From: Acidaminococcales bacterium
GTDB lineage: Bacteria > Bacillota > Negativicutes > Acidaminococcales > JAISLQ01
Direction: 5' to 3'
Assembly: GCA_031552765.1 (NCBI GenBank)
Contig: JAVBME010000008.1
Coordinates: 66,095 to 130,094, forward strand
DNA length: 64,000 bases
Below, piece after piece: positions 40,861 through 50,713 of this stretch. A program made the position numbers and the translations under genes. How positions within the stretch are numbered: position 1 is the first letter of the stretch; each line of letters begins with the position of its first letter. Under the pieces are notes generated by a model. It did no database searches. It saw only the letters and a list, made by a program, of their open reading frames with translations, and was not told where the DNA came from.

Positions 40861-42175
40861 TGAAAAAGCCGTCTACACCGTCTATATGTGGCCACAGTTG
40901 TAAAGTATTTAAAAGTTTCCCTGTCAAAGGATGTTTTATTTTTTGCAGGCGAAATTCCTGCTGTGTAGACAGGAAGTCCTTTATTATGCAATCATTTTCC
41001 GCTTCTTCAGTGGTACAGGTACTGTATACCAGTGTGCCGCCTCGGCGGACATAGCTTGCCGCATTTTGCAGTATAGCGGCCTGTAGCGGCGGAAAAGCAG
41101 GCAGGTCTTTTTCTGTGCGGCGCCAACGCAAATCCGGGCGGCGCCTTAAAACACCCAGACCTGAGCAGGGCGCGTCGACCAATACTTTATCGGCGCTATC
41201 TTGCCAGATGGGTTTTGTAAGCGTTGCATCATGCAATACTGTTTCGATAATATCTATGCCCAGTCTTTTAGCATTATCGTTGATTATTTTTATCTTATGT
41301 TCATAGATATCGCAAGCGATAATTTGTCCCTTGTTGTTCATCAGTTCCGCAAGATGAGTGGTTTTACCGCCGGGAGCGGCGCACATGTCTATGACCCTGT
41401 CCCCGGGCTGCGGCGCGAGAAAACGTGCGACCAACATGGAGCTTTCGTCCTGCACCTGGTAAAACCCCTGATTAAAAGAGGGCAAACTGGGCAGAGGCGG
41501 AAAGTTGTCGGCAATAAGACCTTCTTTAGCCCAGGAAGAACTGTGAACGCTCACGCATTCCTTTTCCAGCATTTCTATGAGTCCGTCGCGGCTGATTTTT
41601 AATGTATTAGTGCGTAAAGATAATGGAGCCGGCTGATTATTCAAGAAACACAACTGCTCTGTTTCTTCTTTGCCTAGTTGTTTTTCCCATTTTTCCAGCA
41701 ACCACTGCGGGTGCTGCAAAGCCAAACAGCGCGCGAGGTCCGGTTCATTTTGCAAGCCACCCGCCTCTTTCCAGCGCACTATACTGCGCAAAAGGCCGTT
41801 GACCAACTTTACCGTACCTTCATGGCCGAACTTGCGCGCCTGTTTTGCCGCTTCGTTACAAGACGCGGAGTCGGGTACTTTAGCCAAGTGTAAAATCTGA
41901 TATGCAGCCAAGCGTAAGATGCACAAAATAGCAACCGGCAGCTTTTTCAAAGGCCGGGAAGCAAACTTTGCCAACGCCATATCCAAAGACAGTCCTGCCT
42001 TCACTGTACCGTAGGCCAGTTCGGTAGCAAACCGCCGTTCTAGATCGTCCAGCTTGTATTTATTTAGTTCCGCATTTAAGGCAATATTAGCATATGCGCC
42101 ATTATTAACGACGTTCAGCAAGACATTCAGCGCAATAAGACGGGCGTTTGGCGGATTTTTATTATTTTTGCCCAC
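40835..42175 (-). CDS. rsmB: 16S rRNA (cytosine967-C5)-methyltransferase RsmB
   Basis: 446 aa with a NusB-like N-terminus, DMCAAPGGKT, DAPCSGLG and YSTCT. Confidence 0.93.
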   Translation of the reverse strand: MGKNNKNPPNARLIALNVLLNVVNNGAYANIALNAELNKYKLDDLERRFATELAYGTVKAGLSLDMALAKFASRPLKKLPVAILCILRLAAYQILHLAKVPDSASCNEAAKQARKFGHEGTVKLVNGLLRSIVRWKEAGGLQNEPDLARCLALQHPQWLLEKWEKQLGKEETEQLCFLNNQPAPLSLRTNTLKISRDGLIEMLEKECVSVHSSSWAKEGLIADNFPPLPSLPSFNQGFYQVQDESSMLVARFLAPQPGDRVIDMCAAPGGKTTHLAELMNNKGQIIACDIYEHKIKIINDNAKRLGIDIIETVLHDATLTKPIWQDSADKVLVDAPCSGLGVLRRRPDLRWRRTEKDLPAFPPLQAAILQNAASYVRRGGTLVYSTCTTEEAENDCIIKDFLSTQQEFRLQKIKHPLTGKLLNTLQLWPHIDGVDGFFIAVLERTV

Positions 42176-43001
42176 TGTCCGCTCCTTCCGCCACTAAATT
42201 GCGCACAGCATTTTCCACTGCCGCCAGATCTACTGTCGTATTGAAACACGGGCCACAGGGCCTTGCGTTGAGCACTCCGAATACCGGCAGCGGGAAGACA
42301 TCCTGAATGCCGCTGGTAAGGTCGCGCTCGCAGGCTACGGCCAAAATGACCTTGGGCCGAAGTGATTTTACAACCATGCGCGCCAGGGTACCGCCCGGCA
42401 CGACCGCCATGTGTATGCCGTATTTTTGGCAGATAGATAGCAGGCCTCCGATGCTACAGCCGCCGCATTGGCGGCAATTGTTGGCGTTTAGAGTTATTTT
42501 GTGCGGGCAGGTATCAAGCTGCAAACAATGCGGCAGCAAAAGGAGTATCTTGTCGGCAGGAGCTTTTATTTGCTTTTGTACCACCAGGTGGTTGCTCAAT
42601 TCAATAAAAGAACGGTCTATCCGTTCTTTTTCTATGTTAAATAATTTGCCTAAAAAAACAGCTATAGGCAAAAGAAAGTTAATGCAACTCCAGGCAAGAC
42701 CCTGAAATATTTTAAAAGTAGGGATGCCTATGACTGCCAACACCATACAGGAAATGAAAAAAGCGATGCCTAAAAGAGCGGTCGCAACAGTGACCCCCAG
42801 AATAAATGGCAGGTACAGGTTTATACTGCTAAGACCCGGCAATGCGATATGCCAGACAAAATATATAGCTGTGGCCAAAAGCAGCCAACTGATAAGTATG
42901 AGTGAAAGAAAGAGGCGTTTTTTAGGCCTCGGCGCTGGAATGCAATCTACCATCCATCGTCTCCTTGAAAAATTCTTTCCCTTCTTGCAAACCGCGGGCA
43001 A
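42162..43001 (-). CDS. DUF116 family membrane protein with a Cys-rich cytoplasmic domain
   Basis: 279 aa ORF; the start is uncertain because the ORF overlaps the fmt 3' end. Transmembrane helices are followed by LLPHCLQ...CPH...CRQCGGC...ACERD...CGPC. Confidence 0.65.
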   Translation of the reverse strand: MPAVCKKGKNFSRRRWMVDCIPAPRPKKRLFLSLILISWLLLATAIYFVWHIALPGLSSINLYLPFILGVTVATALLGIAFFISCMVLAVIGIPTFKIFQGLAWSCINFLLPIAVFLGKLFNIEKERIDRSFIELSNHLVVQKQIKAPADKILLLLPHCLQLDTCPHKITLNANNCRQCGGCSIGGLLSICQKYGIHMAVVPGGTLARMVVKSLRPKVILAVACERDLTSGIQDVFPLPVFGVLNARPCGPCFNTTVDLAAVENAVRNLVAEGADSGQK

Positions 43002-43887
43002 AAATACCGGCCGGCATGCGTTTGCGGCTTTCCGGCTGTACTTCGGTTATTTCCAGTAACCCGTCGCCGGTACTTACATAAAAGCCGTCTTTGCTAAAGC
43101 CGGCGATGCAGCCCGGAAGCATATGGGCATTTTTTTCGCTAAGGCGGCTGGCGAATATTTTTAAGCGTCCGTCAGTTGATAGTGCGTAAGCCGCCGGCCA
43201 GGGATTGAGTCCCCGTATTTTATTATGTATTTTCAAGCTCGGCCAAGACCAGTCTATAAGTTCTATTTCTTTGGTCAATTTGGGAGCGTAACTGGCAAGG
43301 TCATGATTTTGCGGGACAGGCTGTACAGATCCGTCTACTATCCCTGCAAGCGTATCCAGCAAAAGCTGCGCGCCTGAAATGCTTAATAGGTCGTGTATTT
43401 TTCCTGTAGTATCATTTATGTCTATGAGTATTTCGTTTGTCAGCAACATTGCCCCGGTATCCATGCCTTTATCCATCAGCATGGTAGTATTGCCGGTCTT
43501 TGTTTCACCGTTGATGACAGACCAGTGTATAGGCGCCGCGCCGCGGTACTTTGGCAGCAAAGACGCATGCAGGTTTATGCAGCCATAGCGCGGCATGGCC
43601 AGTATCTTATCCGGCAATATCTGGCCAAAAGCCACTACCACTATCACCTCAGGCGCCAGTTGCTCCAAAGTGGCGATGAAGTTTTCTTCCTTGACTTTTT
43701 CCGGCTGGACAACCGGTATACCCAAGGAAAGCGCCGCTTCTTTTACCGGCGGGAGAGCCAGTTTGTGCCCGCGCCCTTTAGGCCGGTCCGGCTGGGTTAC
43801 CACAGCGCACACATCATGTCCTGCTTTCACTAAAGCCTGTAGAGATGGCACGGAAAAATACGGCGTACCCATAAAAACTATGCGCAC
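42922..43887 (-). CDS. fmt: methionyl-tRNA formyltransferase
   Basis: 321 aa, MRIVFMGTP..., HASLLPKYRG. Confidence 0.95.
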   Translation of the reverse strand: MRIVFMGTPYFSVPSLQALVKAGHDVCAVVTQPDRPKGRGHKLALPPVKEAALSLGIPVVQPEKVKEENFIATLEQLAPEVIVVVAFGQILPDKILAMPRYGCINLHASLLPKYRGAAPIHWSVINGETKTGNTTMLMDKGMDTGAMLLTNEILIDINDTTGKIHDLLSISGAQLLLDTLAGIVDGSVQPVPQNHDLASYAPKLTKEIELIDWSWPSLKIHNKIRGLNPWPAAYALSTDGRLKIFASRLSEKNAHMLPGCIAGFSKDGFYVSTGDGLLEITEVQPESRKRMPAGIFARGLQEGKEFFKETMDGRLHSSAEA

Positions 43888-43891
43888 AGCC

Positions 43892-44383
43892 TTATTCCTC
43901 CCCGTCTTTTTCCAAAGCTTCCGCTTTTATCAGACTGATAGCCCGGTCGATGAACAAGATACCATCCAAATGATCTATTTCATGCTGTATCGCTTGCGCT
44001 TTAAAGCCTTCCGCCGTTAAGGCAAACGGTTTTCCTGTGCGATCCTGGGCAGACACTTCGATAATGGCAGCCCGCTCTACAGTGCCAAAAAGGCCGGGCA
44101 CGCTAAGACAACCCTCATTTTGGCAGTTTTGCACGCCTTCGGTGCGGGTTATTTCCGGGTTTATCAATTCAATAAGTCCATCGCCTACATCAACGACCGC
44201 TATACGCTGGCTTACGCCTACCTGGGGCGCGGCTAGCCCTACGCCATTAGCGTCGCGCATGGTTTCAGCCATACTATCCAAAAGTTTTTTCAACGCTTTA
44301 TCAAATTTTTTTACCGGCAGGGATTTGTTGCGCAAAACATTATCGCCAGCCGTCCGTATCAATAATTTAGCCACTTGCAGCAC
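43892..44383 (-). CDS. def: peptide deformylase
   Basis: 163 aa with GVGLAAPQ, EGCLS and HEIDH motifs. Confidence 0.95.
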   Translation of the reverse strand: MLQVAKLLIRTAGDNVLRNKSLPVKKFDKALKKLLDSMAETMRDANGVGLAAPQVGVSQRIAVVDVGDGLIELINPEITRTEGVQNCQNEGCLSVPGLFGTVERAAIIEVSAQDRTGKPFALTAEGFKAQAIQHEIDHLDGILFIDRAISLIKAEALEKDGEE

Positions 44384-44417
44384 CTCCGGCTAAAGAAAAT
44401 ACTTTGCCAATAATAAA

Positions 44418-46817
44418 TTAAATCACATTTAGAGGATCTATGTCAATCAAGATATCCTTGTTTTCCAGGTAATTAGAGGTCTTTAGCCACTGTTTCACCA
44501 TATTTGCCTTGTCGGTTTTAAGCAAGATGTTTATTTTAAAGATATCCTTGATTTTGGCCACCATCCCCTGGAAAGGGCCGTTGATTTCCAGCCGGCTGTT
44601 TTTGTGTATACCGCTTTCAATTAATTTATCGACAAACTCCATCGATTTTTTCAGTGCGGCAGTTTCCTCTTTTCCGGTAACTGTCACCTTGATGATGCTG
44701 GAAAACGGCGGATAAAAAAGTTCCCTTCGCTCTTCCAATTCGTAAGCGGCAAAAGAATCATAATCCTGCTGCACAGCATACTGGATGGCCGGATGCTCGC
44801 TTTCGTAAACTTGCAAAATAACTTTGCCCGGCTTTTCTCCCCGTCCCGCCCGCCCGGCCGCCTGTGTGAGCAGGGAAAAGGTGCGCTCCGCCGCCCGGAA
44901 ATCGGGTAAATTTATGATAGAGTCGGCGGACAGGATGCCGACAAGGGTGACGTTTGGCACATCATGCCCTTTGGCGACCATTTGCGTACCTAAAAGGAGC
45001 CGGTATTTACTCTGTCGAAACTGTGCCAGAATCTCATCGTGGGCGAATTTTTTTCCTGTGGTATCCTGGTCCATACGTATTACGGAAAGTCCTGGGAGCA
45101 GTTCTTGTATCTGCGCCTCGGCTTTTTGCGTCCCGCTGCCGAAAAATCTTATACGGCGGCTTTTACAGGCGGGACACTCCGACGGGACCTGTTCGGTATG
45201 ACCGCAATAATGGCAGCGCATGACTGTATCTTGCGCGTGATAAACCAGAGAAACTGCGCAATGCTGGCACCTGACGGCATAACCGCAATCCCGGCACAGT
45301 ACAAAAGTGGAAAACCCTCTACGGTTGAGAAGTATGATCGCCTGCTCCCCGCTGTTCTTTATCTCTTCCAGGCCGGACAGCAACTGGTGGGACAGCACTC
45401 CCCTGTTGCCTGCTTCCAGTTCCGCTTTCATATCTACAACCGTAACTGCCGGTAAAGCAGAAGAAGCCGGCCGTTTTGTAAGTTTTAGCAAAGTATATTG
45501 GCTGCTCAGCGCTTTGTGGTAACTTTCCAGGTCGGGAGTAGCGCTGCCTAAAACCAGAGGCACAGAAGATATGACAGCCAGCTCTTCTGCAACTGTACGA
45601 GCGTGATAGCTGGGACGTTCTTCCTGTTTATAGCTAAACTCATGTTCTTCATCCATGACGACCAGCCCCAACGCTCTAAACGGCGCAAAAAGAGCCGAAC
45701 GGGCGCCGATAAGGATGCAAGGCTCGCCTGTCTTTATATATTCAAATACATCCATGCGTTCATTTAAGGAAAGACGGCTGTGTACGACTACTACGCGTTC
45801 ACCAAAGCGTTCTTTAAAACGGCTTATGATCTGTCCGGTCAGCGCGATCTCCGGCACCATTACCAGTACCTGCCTGCCGCGGTTTACGGCTTCTTCGGCG
45901 GCGGCCAGGTATACTTCCGTTTTGCCGCTGCCGGTCACGCCCTGCAAAAGGAATGTTGTGTGTCCGGCCATACTTGCGACTATTATATCCACAGCCGCCT
46001 GTTGCTGGTCGTTGAGCCGCACTTTTTCTTTTGTGGCAACCTCTTCGCTGTAGCTGTTTCTTATACTTTCTTTTTCATATAGCTTTACCAAACCTATTTT
46101 TTGCATGCGCAAAACCGTATCGCGGCTGATGCCATTTTTTTGCAGTAAGGCAAGCGGCGCCGCTTTGTGTACCGTCAGAATTTCAAGGGCCTTTTTTCTA
46201 GCTGCCGGGCATTTAGTCGCATTGCTTAGGTATTCTTCTCCAGCTTCGGTTATTTCTACATAACTGACCATGCGTTTTTTAAATTTGCTGATATATTCTT
46301 TTTCTGATTTTATCAAGCCACGGCGTTCCAAGCTGTCTAAGACAGGTTTTATATCATTACCGCAAAGTTTTTTCAATTTTTCCAAAGTTGCTTTCACATT
46401 AGCGGATAAAATACGGAGAAGAAAACCTTCTTTATCATCGGCAATATCATCAATAGCGGCATTGTCGGTAATTTTATAGGACAACACTGCCGACAGGCTT
46501 TTTTTACCTGGTAAAAACAAACGCATAGCTTCGGCCAATGTGCAAAGATAATAATCGGAAAGCCAAGTGGCCAAAGCGATCATCTTTTCATCAAACCAAG
46601 CCTCTTTATCCAGCACTTCTTCCACGCATTTTAACGCGGAGTCTCCATCTTGGCCTTCATATTTTTGCAGGATAAAACCCTCGGCTTTGGCGCTGGCAAA
46701 AGGCACGAGCACGCGCCAGCCCGTGCCGGCAGCGGACAAGCATTCTGGCAGGCAATATGTGTATATGTTATTTAATGATTTTACCGGCAGGTTTATACAA
46801 ACATCGACTAATAGCAT
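44418..46817 (-). CDS. priA: primosomal replication restart protein N' (PriA helicase)
   Basis: 799 aa with GVTGSGKT, VMDEEHEFS and a Cys-rich zinc insertion (CRDCG...CQHC...CHYCG...CPAC). Confidence 0.95.
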   Translation of the reverse strand: MLLVDVCINLPVKSLNNIYTYCLPECLSAAGTGWRVLVPFASAKAEGFILQKYEGQDGDSALKCVEEVLDKEAWFDEKMIALATWLSDYYLCTLAEAMRLFLPGKKSLSAVLSYKITDNAAIDDIADDKEGFLLRILSANVKATLEKLKKLCGNDIKPVLDSLERRGLIKSEKEYISKFKKRMVSYVEITEAGEEYLSNATKCPAARKKALEILTVHKAAPLALLQKNGISRDTVLRMQKIGLVKLYEKESIRNSYSEEVATKEKVRLNDQQQAAVDIIVASMAGHTTFLLQGVTGSGKTEVYLAAAEEAVNRGRQVLVMVPEIALTGQIISRFKERFGERVVVVHSRLSLNERMDVFEYIKTGEPCILIGARSALFAPFRALGLVVMDEEHEFSYKQEERPSYHARTVAEELAVISSVPLVLGSATPDLESYHKALSSQYTLLKLTKRPASSALPAVTVVDMKAELEAGNRGVLSHQLLSGLEEIKNSGEQAIILLNRRGFSTFVLCRDCGYAVRCQHCAVSLVYHAQDTVMRCHYCGHTEQVPSECPACKSRRIRFFGSGTQKAEAQIQELLPGLSVIRMDQDTTGKKFAHDEILAQFRQSKYRLLLGTQMVAKGHDVPNVTLVGILSADSIINLPDFRAAERTFSLLTQAAGRAGRGEKPGKVILQVYESEHPAIQYAVQQDYDSFAAYELEERRELFYPPFSSIIKVTVTGKEETAALKKSMEFVDKLIESGIHKNSRLEINGPFQGMVAKIKDIFKINILLKTDKANMVKQWLKTSNYLENKDILIDIDPLNVI

Positions 46818-46831
46818 TACATCACCACAGG

Positions 46832-46860
46832 AAAACAGAGGACATAAAGTCCTCTGTTTT
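46832..46860 (-). terminator. hairpin after metK, 14 nt ahead of the priA start codon
   Basis: The minus strand reads AAAACAGAGGAC-tttat-GTCCTCTGTTTT, then CCTGTGGTGATGTA-ATG. Confidence 0.6.
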
Positions 46861-46910
46861 AAATTCTGTTATATAGTTTTCGCCATACTGGCAGGAAAAA
46901 CCTTTTTCTT

Positions 46911-48101
46911 TTACAGGCCGGCCTGTTGGCGCAAAGCAGCCGCTTTATCGGTTTTCTCCCAGGGCAGGTCGATATCTGTTCGGCCAAAGTGCCCGTAAGC
47001 GGCCGTCTGTTTGTATATCGGGCGGCGCAAGTCAAGCATCTTGATGATGCCGGCCGGCCTGAGGTCAAAGTTTTTGTCTATAAGCTCGGCGATTTTTTCA
47101 TCGGCAATTTTACCGGTACCGAAAGTTTCCACCAAAATAGAAACCGGGTTAGCTTTACCTATCGCATAAGCAAGCTGTATCTCACATTTTTCGGCCAGGC
47201 CGGCTGCTACTATATTCTTGGCGGCATACCGCGCGGCATAAGCTGCGGAACGGTCTACCTTCGTGGGGTCTTTGCCGGAAAAAGCGCCGCCGCCGTGACG
47301 GGCCATACCGCCATAAGTATCGACGATGATCTTGCGCCCGGTCAGGCCGGAATCGCCTTGCGGGCCGCCTACTACAAAACGTCCGGTGGGATTGATATAA
47401 TATTTAGTCTGATCGGTCAAAAGCTTGCTGTCGATGACCGGCAATATGACATGTTTTTTGATATCGGCGGTCAGTTGCTCCAAAGATATTTCCGGGCCGT
47501 GCTGGGAAGATATGACTATGGTATCGACGAAAACGGGTTTGCCGTCATCATATTCGACCGTAACCTGGGTCTTGCCGTCCGGCCTCAGATATTTAAGAGT
47601 GCCGTCTTTACGGACTTTGGTCAGTTGGCGGGCCAATTTGTGGGCCAAAGATATGGGCATCGGCATCAATTCCGGCGTTTCATTGCTAGCATAGCCAAAC
47701 ATCATTCCCTGGTCGCCGGCGCCAGTCGCTTCGGCATCAGGCATCTCGCCCTGCTTGGCTTCAAGTGACTTATCAACGCCCATAGCGATATCTGGCGACT
47801 GTTCGTCGAGCGATATCAAAATACCGCAGGTCTCCCCATCAAAGCCGTACTTTGCGCGGTCATAGCCGATATCCAAGATGGTCTGGCGGATAAGACGGGA
47901 AATATCAACATAGCAGTTTGTCGTTATCTCGCCGGCGATATGGACTTGCCCTGTTGTGACAAGCGTTTCGCAGGCTACGCGCGAATTTGGGTCGCTGGCC
48001 AGCATGGCATCAAGTATCGCATCGGAGATTTGGTCGGCTATCTTGTCAGGATGCCCTTCTGTTACCGATTCAGAAGTAAAAAGTTTACGTGTTATTGTCA
48101 T
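46911..48101 (-). CDS. metK: S-adenosylmethionine synthase
   Basis: The ORF track starts at TTG 48131. ATG 48101 ([20 protein letters not shown]) follows a GAGGA RBS. GAGDQG motif. Confidence 0.95.
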   Translation of the reverse strand: MTITRKLFTSESVTEGHPDKIADQISDAILDAMLASDPNSRVACETLVTTGQVHIAGEITTNCYVDISRLIRQTILDIGYDRAKYGFDGETCGILISLDEQSPDIAMGVDKSLEAKQGEMPDAEATGAGDQGMMFGYASNETPELMPMPISLAHKLARQLTKVRKDGTLKYLRPDGKTQVTVEYDDGKPVFVDTIVISSQHGPEISLEQLTADIKKHVILPVIDSKLLTDQTKYYINPTGRFVVGGPQGDSGLTGRKIIVDTYGGMARHGGGAFSGKDPTKVDRSAAYAARYAAKNIVAAGLAEKCEIQLAYAIGKANPVSILVETFGTGKIADEKIAELIDKNFDLRPAGIIKMLDLRRPIYKQTAAYGHFGRTDIDLPWEKTDKAAALRQQAGL

Positions 48102-48136
48102 TATATCCTCAATCCTTTCTTTGAATAACAAGTTTA

Positions 48137-48300
48137 TAAAAAATAAAACCCCTTATTTGGGGTATGTTTTATAGTCACATTTCCCCATCTTGCGGTCGCG
48201 CCGCCGGAATTGGCACCGTTTGGCAAAAGCCATGGTTGCCGCGGTTTCATCGGGCCTTTCCCTCAACCAACTCTTGATGAGCATCATATTTAATTTAAAA
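48137..48300 (-). promoter_or_regulatory. SAM-I (S-box) riboswitch with terminator
   Basis: The minus strand reads CTCATCAAGAGTTGGTTGAGGGAAAGGCCCGATGAAACCGCGGCAACC...GGTGCCAATTCCGGCGG...AGATGGGG, which matches S-box blocks. The ACCCC-aaataa-GGGGT terminator with TTTTATTTTTT lies at 48170-48137. Confidence 0.92.
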
Positions 48301-48309
48301 CCAATATTG

Positions 48310-48338
48310 ATTATAAATGGTTTGCCATAATATTGCAA
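48310..48338 (-). promoter_or_regulatory. sigma-A promoter of the metK leader
   Basis: The minus strand reads TTGCAA (48338-48333), a 17 nt spacer, then TATAAT (48315-48310). It begins 1 nt after the coaBC stop codon. Confidence 0.65.
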
Positions 48339-48339
48339 A

Positions 48340-49536
48340 CTATTTATTCTTCCTCGCTAAAATTTCATCGAGCAGTTTTTTCGCTACTTCCTGTTTACTC
48401 AACTTATCCAGGCTTGTTATCTGTCCATCCGGGTATATGAATTTGACGATGTTGGTATCATAGTTAAAACCGGCGCCCGGCAAAGATACATCGTTAGCCA
48501 CTATCATATCGAGGTTTTTCGCGGTTATCTTACTCTTGGCATTGTCAATAAGATCGTTTGTCTCGGCGGCAAAACCGACTAGGTACTGATGTTTTTTTCG
48601 TTTGCCCAGTTCTTTTAGTATGTCGGGGTTTTTTACCAACTCTAAAATCAGCGAATCGCCGCTTTTTTTGATTTTCTGGCTGGCTACAGCCTTTACGCGA
48701 TAGTCGGCCACCGCTGCCGCTTTTATAACGATATCCGCGCCGTCATATTGCAAAAGCATAGCATCCTGCATTTCCTGCGCAGTTTCGACGTTTATAACAT
48801 CCACACCAGGCGGCGGCGGCAAAAGCGCCGGCCCCGATATGAGTACGACTTTGGCGCCGCGGTCAGCGGCCTCGCCGGCAATAGCATAACCCATTTTTCC
48901 GCTGGAGCGGTTTCCTATGTAGCGCACCGGGTCTATCGCTTCACGCGTACCGGCGGCAGTCACTACCACTTTCACGCCTTGCATGCTTTGTTTTGCAGCA
49001 AAAAAACTTTCTAACTCTTTTACTATCTCCACCGGCTCCGGCAGGCGCCCCTTGCCTGTAGTACCGCAAGCCATCCCGCCGCAGCCGGGTTCCATGACAT
49101 GCATGCCCAGACGGCGCGCTTTGATAATGTTTTCAGTAGTAACATTGTTTTCATACATATTGGTATTCATAGCCGGGCATAAAATTATCGGCGCAGCAGT
49201 CGCCAATAAAGTTGTTGACAGCATGTCGTCGGCTAAGCCATGGACGAGTTTGGCAATAATATTGGCGGTAGCGGGAGCTACCAAAACAGCGTCCGCCCAA
49301 GAAGCCAACGCAATGTGCTCCACGTTGTGGTGGGTCACTTCACTCCACATACTGCTGGTAACGGGATGGGCGCTCATTTCCCTGAAAGTAAGCGGCGTTA
49401 CAAATTTGGTAGCCGCCTCCGTCATAATCACTTTCACTTCGGCGCCGCATTTGCGCAGCCTGCTGACAACTTCGACCGCTTTATAAGCGGCTATACCGCC
49501 ACATACCCCTAAGAGGATCTTTTTATGGGCCAGCAT
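48340..49536 (-). CDS. coaBC: bifunctional phosphopantothenoylcysteine decarboxylase / phosphopantothenate--cysteine ligase
   Basis: 398 aa with an N-terminal flavoprotein (GGIAAYK) and a C-terminal CoaB ligase domain. Confidence 0.93.
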   Translation of the reverse strand: MLAHKKILLGVCGGIAAYKAVEVVSRLRKCGAEVKVIMTEAATKFVTPLTFREMSAHPVTSSMWSEVTHHNVEHIALASWADAVLVAPATANIIAKLVHGLADDMLSTTLLATAAPIILCPAMNTNMYENNVTTENIIKARRLGMHVMEPGCGGMACGTTGKGRLPEPVEIVKELESFFAAKQSMQGVKVVVTAAGTREAIDPVRYIGNRSSGKMGYAIAGEAADRGAKVVLISGPALLPPPPGVDVINVETAQEMQDAMLLQYDGADIVIKAAAVADYRVKAVASQKIKKSGDSLILELVKNPDILKELGKRKKHQYLVGFAAETNDLIDNAKSKITAKNLDMIVANDVSLPGAGFNYDTNIVKFIYPDGQITSLDKLSKQEVAKKLLDEILARKNK

Positions 49537-49548
49537 GCGCCGTCCTCC

Positions 49549-49755
49549 TTATTTTATACCTGCTTTGGTTCTCTCGTAAGAAATCTTTTTGGCCGCTACT
49601 TCACATAAGGCGGAAGTCACAGGTTTGCCGGATTTGCTTTCCGCCATGGCATTGCCTTCCGCGACCATCTCTCTCGCTCTTTTGGCCGCCAGCACCACAA
49701 GGGTATATTTGCTATCCACCAAGTCTATCATCTTATCTATCGACGGTTCTATCAT
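49549..49755 (-). CDS. rpoZ: DNA-directed RNA polymerase subunit omega
   Basis: The start is reassigned to ATG 49755 (MIEPSIDKMIDLVDSKYTLVVLAAKRAREM), preceded by GAAAGGGG. The longer track ORF would overlap gmk. Confidence 0.9.
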   Translation of the reverse strand: MIEPSIDKMIDLVDSKYTLVVLAAKRAREMVAEGNAMAESKSGKPVTSALCEVAAKKISYERTKAGIK

Positions 49756-49771
49756 TGATAATGTACCCCTT

Positions 49772-50392
49772 TCACCTTTGTGCGCATCCATAGCGCAATT
49801 CGTCTATCATTTTAAGATTGCGGGCGACGCTGGCTTTCTCCGCCATAATTATCGAGCCGATAATCTTTACCGCATCATCTACCTTGTTATTCACTACGAT
49901 ATAGTTATATTGTACGGCATGGGCGATTTCACCGGAAGCCGCGGCCATACGTTTTTGAATCACTTGCTCCGTATCTTGGTCGCGCTTTTTTATCCGTTTA
50001 TATAACTCGTCCAGGGATGGCGGCGCGATAAAAATAAAAACTCCGTTGCGGAATTTTTCTTTTATCTGCATTGCTCCCGCAGTATCAATTTCTAAAAGAA
50101 CATCTTTGCCCTTGTTTAACAAATCCAATACATAATTGCGCGGCGTCCCGTAATAATTGCCATAAACTTCGGCATATTCCAGCAACTGGTCCCTTTTTAT
50201 CAAATCTTCAAATTTTCCCCGGTCAAGAAAAAAATAGTTTTTCCCGTCTATTTCACCATTTCTCGGCGCACGCGTAGTCATAGAAATAGAATAATGCAAA
50301 TCGGGATATTTTTCTAAAAGAGCGCTGCAAATAGTGCCCTTTCCTGCACCGGACGGGCCGGAAATAACCAGCAAAACTCCTCTTTTCTCCAC
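49772..50392 (-). CDS. gmk: guanylate kinase
   Basis: 206 aa with the GPSGAGKGT P-loop. Confidence 0.95.
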   Translation of the reverse strand: MEKRGVLLVISGPSGAGKGTICSALLEKYPDLHYSISMTTRAPRNGEIDGKNYFFLDRGKFEDLIKRDQLLEYAEVYGNYYGTPRNYVLDLLNKGKDVLLEIDTAGAMQIKEKFRNGVFIFIAPPSLDELYKRIKKRDQDTEQVIQKRMAAASGEIAHAVQYNYIVVNNKVDDAVKIIGSIIMAEKASVARNLKMIDELRYGCAQR

Positions 50393-50409
50393 TAAAAAAG
50401 CTCCCTTCG

Positions 50410-50688
50410 CTAATTTTCCTTATCGTCTGGTAAATCTTTAGCGTTTTCTTTGGCCGTCAACCTGTTGGCGACAGTTTCCGGTTGCACGGAAGAGAGGATT
50501 ATATGTCCGCTGTCGGTAATAACTACAGCCCGTGTACGGCGGCCGTAGGTGGCGTCGATGAGCATGCCTCCTTCGCGCGCTTCTTGTATTATGCGTTTTA
50601 TCGGGGCAGATTCCGGACTGACTACGGAAATTATCCTGTTCGCAGAAACAATATTGCCAAAACCGATGTTAACCAATTTTATGTCCAT
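50410..50688 (-). CDS. remA: RemA/DUF370 family regulator
   Basis: The start is reassigned to ATG 50688 ([20 protein letters not shown]...), preceded by AAGGAG. The position between yicC and gmk is conserved. Confidence 0.88.
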   Translation of the reverse strand: MDIKLVNIGFGNIVSANRIISVVSPESAPIKRIIQEAREGGMLIDATYGRRTRAVVITDSGHIILSSVQPETVANRLTAKENAKDLPDDKEN

Positions 50689-50713
50689 ATGCAAACTCCT
50701 TTTACATTTTTGC

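Noticed and set aside
48153-48338. 61 aa ORF in the coaBC-metK spacer, with comparable small ORFs at 19052-19399 and 35130-35327
   Set aside because: These regions are fully explained by the SAM-I, T-box and FMN leader RNAs. The ORFs cross conserved riboswitch helices and lack ribosome-binding sites.
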